The position numbers were made by a program, and so were the translations under genes. A stretch of DNA of 64,000 nucleotides from Octopus sinensis (taxonomy: Eukaryota): contig NC_043003.1 of the NCBI RefSeq assembly GCF_006345805.1, positions 79,360,001 through 79,424,000 of the forward strand. The letters are read 5' to 3'. The notes beneath the pieces are model-generated. The model saw nothing but the letters and a program-made list of their open reading frames with translations. It did not search any database and had not been told where the DNA came from. Below, piece after piece: positions 24,724-36,883 of the stretch. Every line of letters starts with the position of its first letter. Within the stretch, counting starts at the first letter, position 1.

Positions 24724-25891
24724 GCCCTGATGCAGTACCAGGCAGTGGCTCTCATGGCTTCTCATCTTAACTGATTGGAAGTGTTATCATGTACATTGTT
24801 TTGTCTTGGTATAAAAGATGGGCTACAGCAAATATTCTGCTCAATACCACAGATTTGCTTGTCAGTTGTTTGACGAGCATGTCCCTTAGTGGCTGACGAT
24901 ATGTGCATCTCTGATCACGAGCAGAAGTAGTGGGGGAGCATCATAGCCATGTGTTGAGAGGGATTCTTTGGGGTTTGAATAGTTCACCTCTGGAAACATG
25001 GGTGGTTCTTTCAACATCCTTAAACAACCCTTATTCAGGGACCGTTTGAGCGGGATGGGCTACTCAACCTGAAGAAAATTCTAACTGGGCCCCACCTGCA
25101 AGGTTATGTGCTGTTTATCTTGATATGAAATTACCATGTCGCGCACATATGGTTGTGATGCATGTGCCTGGTGTACCTTTATCAGACGGGTAGTCATGAT
25201 GGGTATATTGGGCTTTGTATATTTTACCCCAGTGTCACTTTGATGGCATGAACTGCTCTCTCACTCAATAATAATAATAATAATAATAATAATAGATGGA
25301 GTACAATGCCCTGATGGAGTACCATGCCCTGATGGAGTACCGATGCCCTGATGGAGTACCAGACAGTGGCTCTCATGGCTTCTCATCTTAACTGATTGGA
25401 AGTGTTATCATGTACATTGTTTTGTCTTGGTATAAAAGATGGGCTACAGCAAATATTCTGCTCAATACCACAGATTTGCTTGTCAGTTGTTTGACCGTAA
25501 CCAGTTGATCATGTCCCTTAGTGGCTGACAATATGTGCATCTCTGATCACGAGCAGAAGTAGTGGGGGAGCATCATAGCCATATGTTGAGAGGGATTCTT
25601 TGGGGTTTGAATAATTCACCTCTGGAAACATGGGTCTTTTGTTCAACAACCCCTATTCAAGGACCTTTTGAGCAGGCTGGGCTACTCGACCTGAAGAAAA
25701 TTCTAACTGGGCCCCACCTACATGTGCTGTTTATCTTGATATGAGATCACCATGTCGCTCACATATGGTTGTGATGCATGTGCCTAGTGTACCCTTATCA
25801 GACGGGTAGTCATGATGGGTATATTGGGCTTCGTATATTTTACCCCAGTGTCACTTTGATGGCATGCACTGCTCTCACACTCAATAATAAC

Positions 25892-25938
<47 letters not shown>

Positions 25939-25960
25939 TGATGATGATGATGATGATGAT
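24722..25960 (+). mobile_element. Two head-to-tail copies of a ~560-bp SINE-like repeat (family F) with (AAT)n/(GAT)n tails
   Basis: Copies at 24722-25292 and 25306-25960; a third copy is on the minus strand at 63745-64000. Confidence 0.85.
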
Positions 25961-25976
25961 GGAAAATTTTACTCAC

Positions 25977-26044
25977 TAATGCTGTGTACAAGGAACAGAT
26001 CAAACCAATGGATATTATGGATACTGTTGAATCTTTTTTGAGAA
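25977..26044 (-). CDS. SLC5: SLC5 exon 4
   Basis: ttttctag, then 68 nt (I)LKKDSTVSIISIGLICSLYTAL, then GTGAGT. Phase 1-0; matches GxxCxFYTxL. Confidence 0.92.
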
Positions 26045-26475
26045 CTAGAAAATAATGGATCAAAATAAACACAAATTTTAAAACAAATGAAATAAAAAAA
26101 ACAAATGAAAATCAAAATAAACACAAATTTTAAAACAACAAACGAAATAAAATAAACAAAGGAAAATAGTACACACCCAGCTAATATTGTACATATGTTT
26201 GAAATTGTTGATACCAATATTTGCATAGAACGACAGTTGTATGCCATCATTTCCTCCAACTATGTAACCCTTTTGATACCAACTCATCTGAAACTGCCCC
26301 TGGTTCTATGATACAAAACCCCATTTTAAAGAGGTAACATTTATCCCCACTTAAACATGGATATTCTGTTACTATACTGCGATAGTTATCAAGAGAGAAA
26401 TTATCTCATTTTTTTTTTTCTTGTTTCAGCTCAGAGCTGCGGCCATGCTGATACACCGCCGTTAAAAGAAAGACA

Positions 26476-26538
26476 TTCCTATGCCGGGAATCGAATCTGG
26501 GCCGCCTGGGTGAAAGCCAGGAATCCTAACCACTAGAC
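26476..26538 (-). pseudogene. 5'-truncated tRNA-Glu(TTC)
   Basis: gtctagtggttaggattcctgg-ctTTCac-ccaggcggcccagattcgattcccggcataggaa. The 5' acceptor strand is missing and a T-stem G>A is present. Confidence 0.8.
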
Positions 26539-26543
26539 TTGTT

Positions 26544-26985
26544 GGCTTTTTGGTGCAAAATGCATTCTTGTTTACATTGAGAGCAGAAAGATAAATAGTG
26601 ATATAAACAAGAGAACATTTTGTATCAAAAGCCTATATGAGAGTTTCTCTCATGGGACCTACCACAGTATAGTTTGTCCTAACAGAACATCCACATTTAA
26701 GTGGGAATAAATATTACATCTTGGCAGTAATACAGCCTCTGTCACTAACGTACATGTTTTAACAAGCTCACTTGTTAATTGTGACACCGGTGCCTGTTCT
26801 GGTATTGTTTTTCTATATGTCACTGGTGGAGAGATGAGTTGTTGCCAGCTCTAGTGGTTGATCGTCCATCATTGACAAGACCAAGGAAGGCTGAAATTAT
26901 GTGATCTGTTGGTCTCAGCACTGAAGGTGCAAGGATTTATCTCCCTGCTAACAATATAAATAAGGGTGCATTTTGCACCAAAGCC
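26544..26985. mobile_element. MITE with ~34-bp imperfect TIRs
   Basis: ggctttttggtgcaaaatgcattcttgtttacattg versus the reverse complement of caatataaataagggtgcattttgcaccaaagcc; no clear TSD. Confidence 0.65.
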
Positions 26986-29935
26986 TCTGTCGCTAATTTA
27001 TATTCCTCAATTTAAGATGGTCTTAATTAAAATCTTCTGTCAGAATTTCCTGTTACTTTGTGTTATAAATAGCAGCTAAATATTCTTTGCTTCTTTATGA
27101 ACATGGGCTGAAATTTGAGGGAAGTGGGTTGTCAATTACAACAGCCAATTCCAGTACTTGAATGGTGCTTATTTTATCGACCCCTGAAAGGATGAAAGCC
27201 ATAGCTGACCGTGACAGAATTTGAACTCAGAACATAACGATGGACAAAATATTGCAAAGCATTTTTGTCCAGATTGGTAACAATTCTGACAGCTTGCTGC
27301 CTTACAGCAGCTTAATAATGACAAAGGCATGATTGAGACCATGCTGAAGTACCACTTTACTCTTTTACTTGTTTCAGTCATTTGACTGTGGCCATGCTGG
27401 GGCACCGCCTTTAGTTGATCGAGCAAATCAACCCCAGGAATTATTCTTTGTAAGCCTAGTACTTATTCTATCGGTCTCTTTTGCTGAACCACCAAGTTAC
27501 GGGGACATGAACACACCAGCATTGGTTGTTAAGCGATGTTGGAGGGACAAAAACAGACATATACACACACACACACACATATATATATATACATATATAC
27601 GACGGGCTTCTTTCAGTTTCTGTCTACCAAATCCACTCACAAGGCTTTGGTTGGTCCGAGACTATAGTAGAAGACACTTGCCCAAGGTGCCATGCAGTGG
27701 GACTGAACCCAGAACCATGTGGTTCGTAAGCAAGCTATTTACCACACAGCTACTCCTACGCCTATAAGAATTTGAGGAATTTTAGTTAAATGAATCAACT
27801 CCCCCACCAATACTCATTATTTTTTTAAGCTTGATATTTATTCTTCGGTCTCTGTGGCTGAACCACTAAGTTATGGGGGATGTAAGCATGTAAGCAGAAC
27901 AACACTGGTTGTCAAGCAGTGGTGGGACACACACAATGGGATTCTTTCAGTTTCTATCTAGCTAACTCACTCAGCTTGAGGTTATAGCAGAAGACACTTG
28001 CCTAAGGTGTCATGCAGTAGGACTGAACCTAGAATCATGTTGTTGGGAAGCAAACTTCCAACCACACACCTACGCCTGCACCCAATAAAATTTTCCTTAT
28101 TTTCAAAATTAATTGCAACACAGACTGTGGCGTTTCAACAGAAATATGTTTCAATTCATTTTGAAAATTATGAAAAACCAACATTACTCCTGCTCCACAA
28201 ATCTTTGCAACAGAATTTTTCATGAAGGAATTCCACACTTCTGACTTTTTTTTTTTTGAGTTAGACTGTGAAAGAAAATGGTTTAGTTTGGAACAGGCAT
28301 TGGTTTCCTTTTCCAAGGAGTGAATTGCAGGACACACAGTTCAACATCAGGCTGGCTGCACAACTAAAAAAGAACTGAAGGTCATGGCATTTAGAAAGTC
28401 CAGTGGGCTGCATTTGGTCCATGACTTGTTTAGGGATTCAAAGGCTGATATCATTGATTTGGATAATAGCAAGTTTGAACATCTTTAGGCAAACGTCTAC
28501 AGAGAAAAAGAAAAAAAGGTGTGGCTGTGTGGTAAGAAGCTGGCTTCCTAACCACATGGTACAGTAATGCCTCACTTTATGAGGACCCACTTTACAAAAC
28601 CCCAGGTTTATGAGTTTTTATTTTTCAGCTCACTTTTGTATGGTGAACTGAAATTTTTCAAGCACAAGATTAAAATTTTTAATGAAGTGCAAATGTTTCT
28701 ACTACCATTACAAATGCTTCTGTGTGTTACCGAGAAATTTATAAGATTCTTCCCAGCAGACAACTCTAGACTTGTTTTTTAAAAAGAAATCTACTAGTCT
28801 GTCTGTGAGTGCTTGTGAATCAGCAATCACATCTACAAGTGATGGTGAGCACAAATCTAGTGCAAGTGAAATCGATTCAGAAAACAATTATAATAATAAT
28901 ATTTTTTATTATAAATCATCTTGACATTCTTTTTACATTACATAGAATATTCTTTACATTCTACTGTTGTTTTATTGCCATTTATTTACAAGTTTTATAA
29001 ATTTTATAGGTAAAATATTTTCCCCAGGAATGAATTACGATTTATAACATTGCTACAATGGGAAATTATTGCTGTTTTATGAGGTTTTGCTTCATGAGTG
29101 GTCTCCAGGAACAAATTCTTTTCTACTCTAGGCACAAAGCCTGAAATTTTGGGGAAGGGGGCCACTTGATTAGACTGATCCCAGTACACAACTGGTATTT
29201 AATTTATTGACCCTGAAAGGATGAAAGGCAAAGTTGACCTTGGCAGAATCTGAACTCAGAACGTAAAGACAGATGAAATACCTATTTCTTTACTACCCCA
29301 CAAGGGGCTAAACACAGAGGGGACAAACAAGGACAGACAAACGGATTAAGTTTATTATATCGACCCCAGTGTGTAACGGGTACTTATTTAATCGATCCCA
29401 AAAGGATGAAAGGCAAAGTCGACCTCGGCAGAATTTGAACTCAGAACGTAACGGCAGATGAAATACTGCTAAGCATTTCACCCGGCATGCTATCGTTTCT
29501 GCCATTTCGCTTTAATTTGTCTGTAGGAACAAATTAACTCATATAACGAGACATTACTATACTTGACTGGTTTTTATTTTATCAACCCCACAAAGAGGAG
29601 AGGCAAAGTTGACATCAGCGAAATCTGAAATGCAGCTAAGCATTCTATCTGGGTTGCTAACGATTCTACCAGCTGACCACATTAATAATGATAATGGCTT
29701 CAAATTTTGGCATATGGACACCAATTTCTGAGGAAGGATAAATCGATTACATCGACCCTAGTGCATAACTGGTACAGTGGAATTTGAACTCAGAATGTGA
29801 GGAAGAATGAAATGTTGCTAAGCATTTTGCCTGGGGTGCTATCAATTCTGCCAGCTCACTACATTAATAATAATAATGATGGTCACTCCTGCCAATTTCA
29901 ATGAATGAATGTTTGAAGAAAGGGATTTAAAAATC

Positions 29936-30339
29936 CTGGCAGCTGACCTGGCAGACACCCATAAAATTATCAACCATCGCACAAACAATAACACTGAGCA
30001 CCTCTTCAAACTCCACCCATCTAACACCCGTGGACATATTTACAAAGTAAGAAAACAGCACAGCTCCCATGACTTCAGGAAACATTTTTTCACACTGAGA
30101 GTTGCTGAAGCGTGGAACAAACTGCTGGCATCGGTTGTTAGTTGTCGGAGCACTGCATCCTTCAAGACTTCCATGCTTCCTGAGATTCGCCAACACTACA
30201 CTTGATTTTCTCCCCTCCATACACACACAAGCATGTTCACTTTCCAGACATTTCTACATTACTGCATGTACTTTATATGCACTTTCTGACAAGTTGTGGT
30301 GCACCTGAGCACTGTATACAATAATTTCATTATTATTAT
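29936..30339 (+). mobile_element. CR1-type LINE 3' end
   Basis: ADLADTHKII...SNTRGHIYKVRKQHSSHDFRKHFFTLRVAEAWNKL; 3' UTR and (ATT) tail. Confidence 0.88.
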
Positions 30340-30455
30340 TTTTTTTTTAAAAAAAAGAAAAAAATGGATTAAGAATATAAGAAGCTGCATCTATTTGTGT
30401 TGGATGTGTTAATGTAATGTGAATCCAGGTGTGGATTTTGCTATTGAAGTGACAA

Positions 30456-30797
30456 TAATAATAATAACTTGTCAAAAATGCGTATAAAGCATATGCAGTA
30501 ATGTACAAATGTCTGGGAAGTGAACAGTGTATGAGTCAGATACATGCTTGCGTGTGTATGGAGGGGAGAAAATCAGGTGTAGTGTTGGCGAATCTCAGGA
30601 AGCATGGAAGTTTTGAAGGATGCAGTGCTCCAACAACTAACAACTGATGCCGGCAGTTTGTTCCATGCTTCAGCAACTCTCAGCATGAAAAAATGTTTCC
30701 GAAAGTCATGGGAACTGTGCTGTTTTCTGATTTTGTAAACATGTCCATGGGTGTTAGACAGGTGGAGTTTGAAAAGGTGCTCAGAGTTATTGTTATT
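30456..30797 (-). mobile_element. CR1-type LINE 3' end, inverted relative to 29936-30339
   Basis: Reverse complement of the same 3' region. Confidence 0.88.
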
Positions 30798-30936
30798 GCA
30801 AAATAAAATTCTTGTATTGTTCTATTGCTTGGCAGTTTCCGTCTGCAGAGTAAAAGAATAATGTTACTTATTTTTCCCATACACATTAACACACACACAA
30901 AATATATATGTATATATGCTTATGTATGCCTTATAA

Positions 30937-31243
30937 GTGGAGGCGCAATGACCCAGTGGTTAGGCAGCGAACTCGCAGTAGGAGGATCGCGGTTTCGATT
31001 CCCAGACCGGGCGTCGTGTGTGTTTATTGAGCGAAAACACCTAAAAGCTCTATGAAGCTCTGACAGGGGATGGTGGCGACCCCTGTTGTACTCTTTTGTC
31101 CCAACTTTCTCTCACTCTTGCTTCCTGTTTCTAGAGTAACGTTGCGATGGACTAGCATCCCGTCCAGCTTGGGGGAACACATACGCCACAGAAATCGGGA
31201 AACCGGGGCCTATGAGCCTGGCTAGGCTTGAAAATAAAAATAA
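30937..31243 (+). mobile_element. Family C SINE with an 11-bp TSD
   Basis: atgccttataa at 30926-30936 and 31244-31254. Confidence 0.87.
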
Positions 31244-32199
31244 ATGCCTTATAAAGTATGTGTGTACGCATTATTTAGAAATAAGATAGAAGTGAAGATA
31301 ACAGGATATATACGTGTATTTTAAAGTTATTATTACAGCTCTTTCGTGATGTAATTTCTTCAGTTTAAACGTACAACTTCAGATTAAGTCAATTCGGCAA
31401 GTCCTAAATATTTCATAATCAGAAAATAAATGATACAAGGGACATAACTCTACCCTATGTGGACCAAATTTATAACGACTGATCTATTATCTCCCCGTTG
31501 TATTCATTCCGAACTTCCTTATTCTCTATTAGTTTAAATTTTTGAATCTCCCTTCTGCAATAAAATTCGAAAGATGATTAGGCTTTTAGTAAATGTTTGA
31601 AAAAAAGTGTAAAGGGTTAATTAAGGAAATTACATAAAAATATAAACCTTTAACTGTTCATTTCGGCGAACATAAGTTGAAATTTCTCCGTTTTGGGGAT
31701 TTTTCCAGATTATTTTTTCACGTTGCTCTTGGAAATGAACTGGAGTAGCTTTTTAACAAAAAAAAAAATTTTTTCGAAAAATGTTTTCTTTTTCACACCT
31801 GACAAATTTTGGTCGGTTTTGTGGGCACTATGCACGGTGATTTTTTCAGGCAGTATGCACATAAAAATTACAGGGGTAGTCTTTTCAGTTAAACCCTACA
31901 CCCCACCAAAAAGAAACTAAATATTTTCAGACAAAAAGGCGTGTGATCGAAGGGAGATTTGGCTGTTGCTTCTAGCATATCCCATGACCACCTTCCTCGT
32001 TTCTTTCCTCACCCTGACAAGTATTGATGTTTTTCAATATTTTCTTCCTACTAAAATCATAAACTCATTTATGCTATCAAAAAAAACTTATTTTAAAAGT
32101 TTATAATTTTATCAACACTAAATCACTTCGGTTATAGGATATGCAAGAAACAACAATTAAATTTTCCCTTTAATCACATCTTTTCTTTCTTTCTTGTTT

Positions 32200-32408
32200 C
32201 TTTTTACTTGTTTCAGTCATTTTGACTGCGGCCATGCTGGAGCACCGTCTTTAATCGAGCAACTCGACCCCGGGACTTATTCTTTTGTAAGCCCAGTACT
32301 TATTCTATCGGTCTCTTTTGCCGAACCGCTATGTTACGGGGACATAAACACACCAGCATCGGTTGTCAAGCAATGCTAGGGGAACAAACACAGACACACA
32401 AACATACA

Positions 32409-32496
<88 letters not shown>

Positions 32497-32661
32497 TACG
32501 ACGGGCTTCTTTCAGTTTCCGTCTACCAAATCCACTCACAAGGCTTTGGTCGGCCCGAGGCTATAGTGGAAGACACTTACCCAAGGTGCCACGCAGTGGG
32601 ACTGAACCCAGAACCATGTGGTTGGTAAACAAGCTACTTACCACACAGCCACTCCTGCGCC
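32200..32661 (-). mobile_element. Family A tRNA-derived SINE (CORE-like block, internal (TA)n), near-consensus copy
   Basis: ggcgcaggagtggctgtgtgg head, gggttcagtccc B-box, ccttgggtaagtgtctt block, and tail ending gactgaaacaagtaaaa. Confidence 0.88.
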
Positions 32662-32868
32662 TAAAAAGGCTAAAAATATTTCCTTTTTTTTCTTTTTCTT
32701 TTTTTTTTTACTGAAAAGGCTTCTCTAGTTTTTAAATGCATAATGTCTCAAAAAATAATTTTGTGTAGTGCCTACGAAATCGACCGAAATAGGTCTGGAG
32801 AGGGGAAGATGGGAGTGGGGGAGGTTGACCCCACCCTCCCACCATTTTTTGAAACATTTAATTTTCTC

Positions 32869-33120
32869 TATTTACATTATTTACAATTGACGGATATTTG
32901 TCCTCCTCTCTCTTGTTGTTAACACAATGTTTCGGCTGATACCCTCCAGCCTTCATCAGGTGTCTTGGGGAAATTTGGAACCTGGGTTCTTATTCCTAAG
33001 GTATTTTTCGATGTTGTTATTATTATTATTATTATTAGTATTATTCATGTTGCTACCTGGAATCGAACTCGGAATCTTGCGGTTAGTAGCCTGCGCTCTT
33101 AACCACTATGCCATATGCCC
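32869..33120 (-). mobile_element. tRNA-headed SINE with a hammerhead-bearing Penelope-like tail
   Basis: A-box TGGCATAGTGG (33103-33113), B-box GAGTTCGATTCC (33059-33070), (AAT)n linker, then a tail containing CTGATGA..GAAAC. Confidence 0.8.
32921..32964 (-). ncRNA. Minimal type I hammerhead motif
   Basis: GACAC-CTGATGA-A-GGCTG-gagggtat-CAGCC-GAAAC-ATT-GTGTT: stem I GACAC/GTGTT, 5-bp stem II; triplet AUU where the twin copy has GUU. Confidence 0.7.
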
Positions 33121-33129
33121 GTAGGGGTT

Positions 33130-33175
33130 AATAATAATAATAATAATAATAATGATAATAATAATAATAATAATA

Positions 33176-33214
<39 letters not shown>

Positions 33215-33396
33215 ACATCGAAAAAATACCTTAGGAATGAGAACCCAGGTTTGAAATTTCCCCAACACACCTGATGAAGGCTGGAGGGTATATCAGCCAA
33301 AACGTTGTGTTAACAACAAACAAGATGAGGACAAATATCCGTCAATTGTAAACAATGTAAATAATGTACATAATTCCTCATCTCTTAAATATAGAA
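33130..33396 (+). mobile_element. Inverted, headless copy of the same hammerhead-bearing tail
   Basis: Reverse complement of 32869-33035 plus a ~30-nt 3' extension. The motif at 33266-33311 reads CTGATGA-A-GGCTG..CAGCC-AAAAC-GTT. Confidence 0.8.
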
Positions 33397-33544
33397 TTGA
33401 AATTTCATTTTGTTAAAAAGATGCTCCAGATCTTTTCCAAAGGCACCATGAAATAAAATCTGAATAATCCCCATCAAAAATGGAGAAGTTCCAATATATG
33501 TGGGCCACCTATTGCTGACATCTGCCTTGATTACTTCACAGAAG

Positions 33545-33990
33545 GTAAAATACTTAGCTCAGTCACACCCATTCTATGTTTCTCATGGAGCTGCATTGCT
33601 TTATCTTGCCCAGGATATTTATCGTCTGGAAACTGTTCAGCAACATGCAACCAAGAGAATATCCTCCATCAGGCATTTGCCATATTCTGAACGCCTTACT
33701 TCCCTGGGCATGGATACATTGAAACTTCGACGTCTGGTAGCTGACTTGGCAGACACCCATAAAATTATTAACCATCTTACTAACAATAACTCTGAGCACC
33801 TTTTCAAACTCCACCTGTCTAACACCCGTGGACATGTTTACAAAATCAGAAAAACAGCACAGCTTCCATGACTTTCAGAAACATTTTTTCACGCTAAGAG
33901 TTGCTGAAGCATGGAACAAACTGCTGGCATCAGTAGTTAGTTGTTGGAGCACTGCATCCTTCAAAACTTCCATGCTTCCTGAGATTTCTC
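33545..33990 (+). mobile_element. CR1-type LINE 3' RT fragment
   Basis: YLAQDIYRLETVQQHATKRI...LKLRRLVADLADTHKII...NTRGH. Confidence 0.88.
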
Positions 33991-34559
33991 TGAGGGAGCT
34001 GTTGAAGTACAAAGGTCACTAACATGGGAGAACCTCTCTCTATATATATATATAAAATATATAAATTATTGTTGTTGTCTTTGAGTTCTTTCATTATTAG
34101 ACTTTGTGATGAAAAACTACAAGGGGCATTGAGGAAGCTTTTACCTAGTTGTTCAGCTGGATTAATCATCATCAACCGTTGCCAGCCTCCCCTGGTGCAG
34201 CCTCTTGGCTTCCCAGATCCCGGTCAAACCATCCAACCCATACTAGCACAGAAAACGGACGTTAAACGATGATGATGATGATGATGATGATCATCATCAT
34301 CATCATGAACAACAACATTTATTAGCTGTTTTCCATGCTTTGGGCAGCTTGAAAGGAACTGGGAAGGCCAGGGGTTGCACCAGGTTCCATAGTCTGTTAT
34401 AACATGATTTCTATGGCTGGATGCCATTCCTAATGACAACCACTCCACAGAGTGTACTGGGTGCTTTTTATCTGGTACCATTATCAGTGTTTTTACATGA
34501 CACCAGCTTCAGTGCTTTTTATGTGGCACCAACACCCACACCAATGCTTTTTATATGGC

Positions 34560-34740
34560 ACCTTGATTTTAGGATCTCAATTCTGTTGTAGTGGGTGGGT
34601 TTTCTTGTGTACAGCAATATGCCTCATATCTCAGTCCTCCGTTATCTCCTTTGTAAGGTTCAATGCTTTGAGATGGGCCTTCAGTATATTGTCCCATGTC
34701 TTCCAACCCACTAAAGAGAACATATTTCAGAATAAAGGTG
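34560..34740 (-). mobile_element. RTE LINE C-terminal fragment
   Basis: KTWDNILKAHLKALNLTKE, homologous to KTWDEVVKQDLRTLSLTE at 61.1 kb. Confidence 0.7.
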
Positions 34741-35354
34741 GGATGTTTGTGGTAGGATAAACTGATCAAACATGTTATTTGATAAAACATCATCAATAAC
34801 AAAGACTGGCTCAAACAACAACAACAACAACAGCACCGGGATTTAAGGAATTCCATAAACTAACAAGGGAGTCCTTTATACCAACAGTTTTCAAATTGGG
34901 GTATATATATCCCTAGAGGTAAGCAAGAGAAATTATAGAGGCATGTGAGGTTTGTAGAAGCACTGGAATTTTAGAGTAATCACAAGTAATTTCTTTTCAA
35001 TGGTGCACTGTCAGATTTAATAAAGTGTCTGTAATTCTTGGCTTCCAGATATAATGACAAATTATACATTGTTTGTTTGATATGGTATTTATAAAATGGT
35101 ATTCACTCATTTTACAATATATTGTTGCAAAATGCAGCCTCCTGACACGAAGACGGTTCCAACAGCAAAGTTAGCAGCTGGGAAACCACAGACCATCCCT
35201 GCAAGCCGACTTGCCCAGAGAGGAAGAAGTAGTTGTACATGGCTAAATGTCTTGTGTAATGTAGTTTTACAGTGCCCAGGATCACATTGACTCTAGTTCT
35301 TTGTCATCCAACTTCACACATTCAGTAACCAGTTTTGAATTGAACCAGCCAGGA

Positions 35355-35680
35355 TCCCTGGTCTGGCGGTACGTAAAAAGCACTATCCGACTTGTGGCCG
35401 ATGCCAGCACTGCCTCGACTGGCTTCTGTGTCGGTGGCACATAAAATACACCAATCCTACCGTGGCCGTTGCCAGCCTCGCTTGGCACCTGTGCAGGTGG
35501 CACGTAAAAAGCACCCACTACACTCACGGAATGGTTGGCGTTAGGAAGGGCATCCAGCTGTAGAAACTTTGCCAGATAAGACTGGAGCCTGGTGCAGCCT
35601 TCTGGCTTCCCAGATCCCCGGTCGAACCGTCCAACCCATGCTAGCATGGAGAATGGACGTTAAACGATGATGATGATGAC
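35355..35680 (+). mobile_element. Family E (RTE-tailed repeat)
   Basis: ggcacgtaaaaagcacc units, ggttggcgttaggaagggcatccagc, and (GAT)n tail. Confidence 0.82.
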
Positions 35681-35905
35681 CTCACAGTAAAAGCATGCCA
35701 AAAATTAATACAGAACATGCAGCATGCTTTAAACCAGTCACGTGATCAATGAAAATTATTTCTCATTAGAATTAATTATGGATCCATTATTCAATATTTT
35801 GAGTACTATTATTTTATATTTATCCAATTACTTCAATTTGCTGCAGATGTTTGCATTTCAAACTATAATAATATTGTGCAGCTTACTGTCACAGTACTCT
35901 TTACT

Positions 35906-36113
35906 GTTTTACTCTTTTACTTGTTTCAGTCATTTGACTGTGGCCATGCTGGAGCACTGCCTTTTTTAGTTGAGCAAATTGACCCCAGAACTTATTCTTT
36001 GTAAGCCTAGTACTTATTCTATTGGTCTATTTTGCCGAATCGCTAAGTTATGGGGATGTAAACACTCCTGCATCGGTTGTCAAGCGATGTTGGGGGGACA
36101 AACACAGACATAT

Positions 36114-36148
<35 letters not shown>

Positions 36149-36752
36149 GATATATATATAGATATATATATATATATCTATATATATATATATACACACA
36201 CGCATATATACGACAGGCTTCTTTCAGTTTCCGTCTATCAAATCCACTCACAAGGCTTTGGTCGGCCCGAGGCTATAGTAGAAGACACTTGCCCAAGATG
36301 CCATGCAGTGGGAATGAACCCGGAATCATGTGCTTACTGTCACAGTACTCTTTACTCTTTTACTTGTTTCAGTCATTTCACAGCAGCCATGCTGGAGCAC
36401 CGCCTTTTTTAGTTGAGCAAATCGACCCCAGGACTTATTCTTTGTAAGCCTAGTAATTATTCTATCGGTCTCTTTTGCTGAACCACTAAGTTACATGAAC
36501 GTAAACACACCAGCATCGGTTGTCAAGCGATGTTGGGGAGACAAACACAGACACACAAACACATACATACACATACATATATATACACGACAGGTTTCTT
36601 TCGGTTTCTGTCTACCAAATCCACTCACAAGGCTTTGGTTGGGCAGAGGCTATAGTAGAAGACACTTGCCCAAGGTGCCATACAGTGGGAATGAACCCGG
36701 AAGCATGTGGTTGGTAAGCAAGCTATTTACCACACAGCCACTCCTGCGCCTA
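35906..36752 (-). mobile_element. Tandem family A SINEs
   Basis: Copies at 35906-36331 (5'-truncated; gcttactgtcacagtactctttact duplicated at 35881 and 36332) and 36357-36752. Confidence 0.85.
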
Positions 36753-36883
36753 TGAACTTAGCTAAAACTTTATTCTCTCCTTCATTACAACATTTTTTAT
36801 AAGAAGTAGACCAACATTGTTGTACATGATGAAATGGTATGCTAAAGAAAAAAAACCTTTTCAAATCCTTGGTTTACAATGTA

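Noticed and set aside
27369-27767. Recurrent ORFs such as MSSDVGGTNTD...EDTCPRCHAVGLNPEP (also 32.3, 36.0, 52.7, 55.9, 57.9 kb)
   Set aside because: Incidental frames of family A SINEs, not a gene family.
33046-33120. tRNA gene (also heads at 20761, 30937, 51876)
   Set aside because: A and B boxes are present but there is no acceptor stem or terminator, and they run into repeat bodies; these are SINE heads.
35100-35260. Minus-strand frame LPLWASRLAGMVCGF resembling SLC5 exon 4
   Set aside because: Acceptor phase is incompatible with exon 3 and there is no donor; the true exon 4 was found at 25977-26044.
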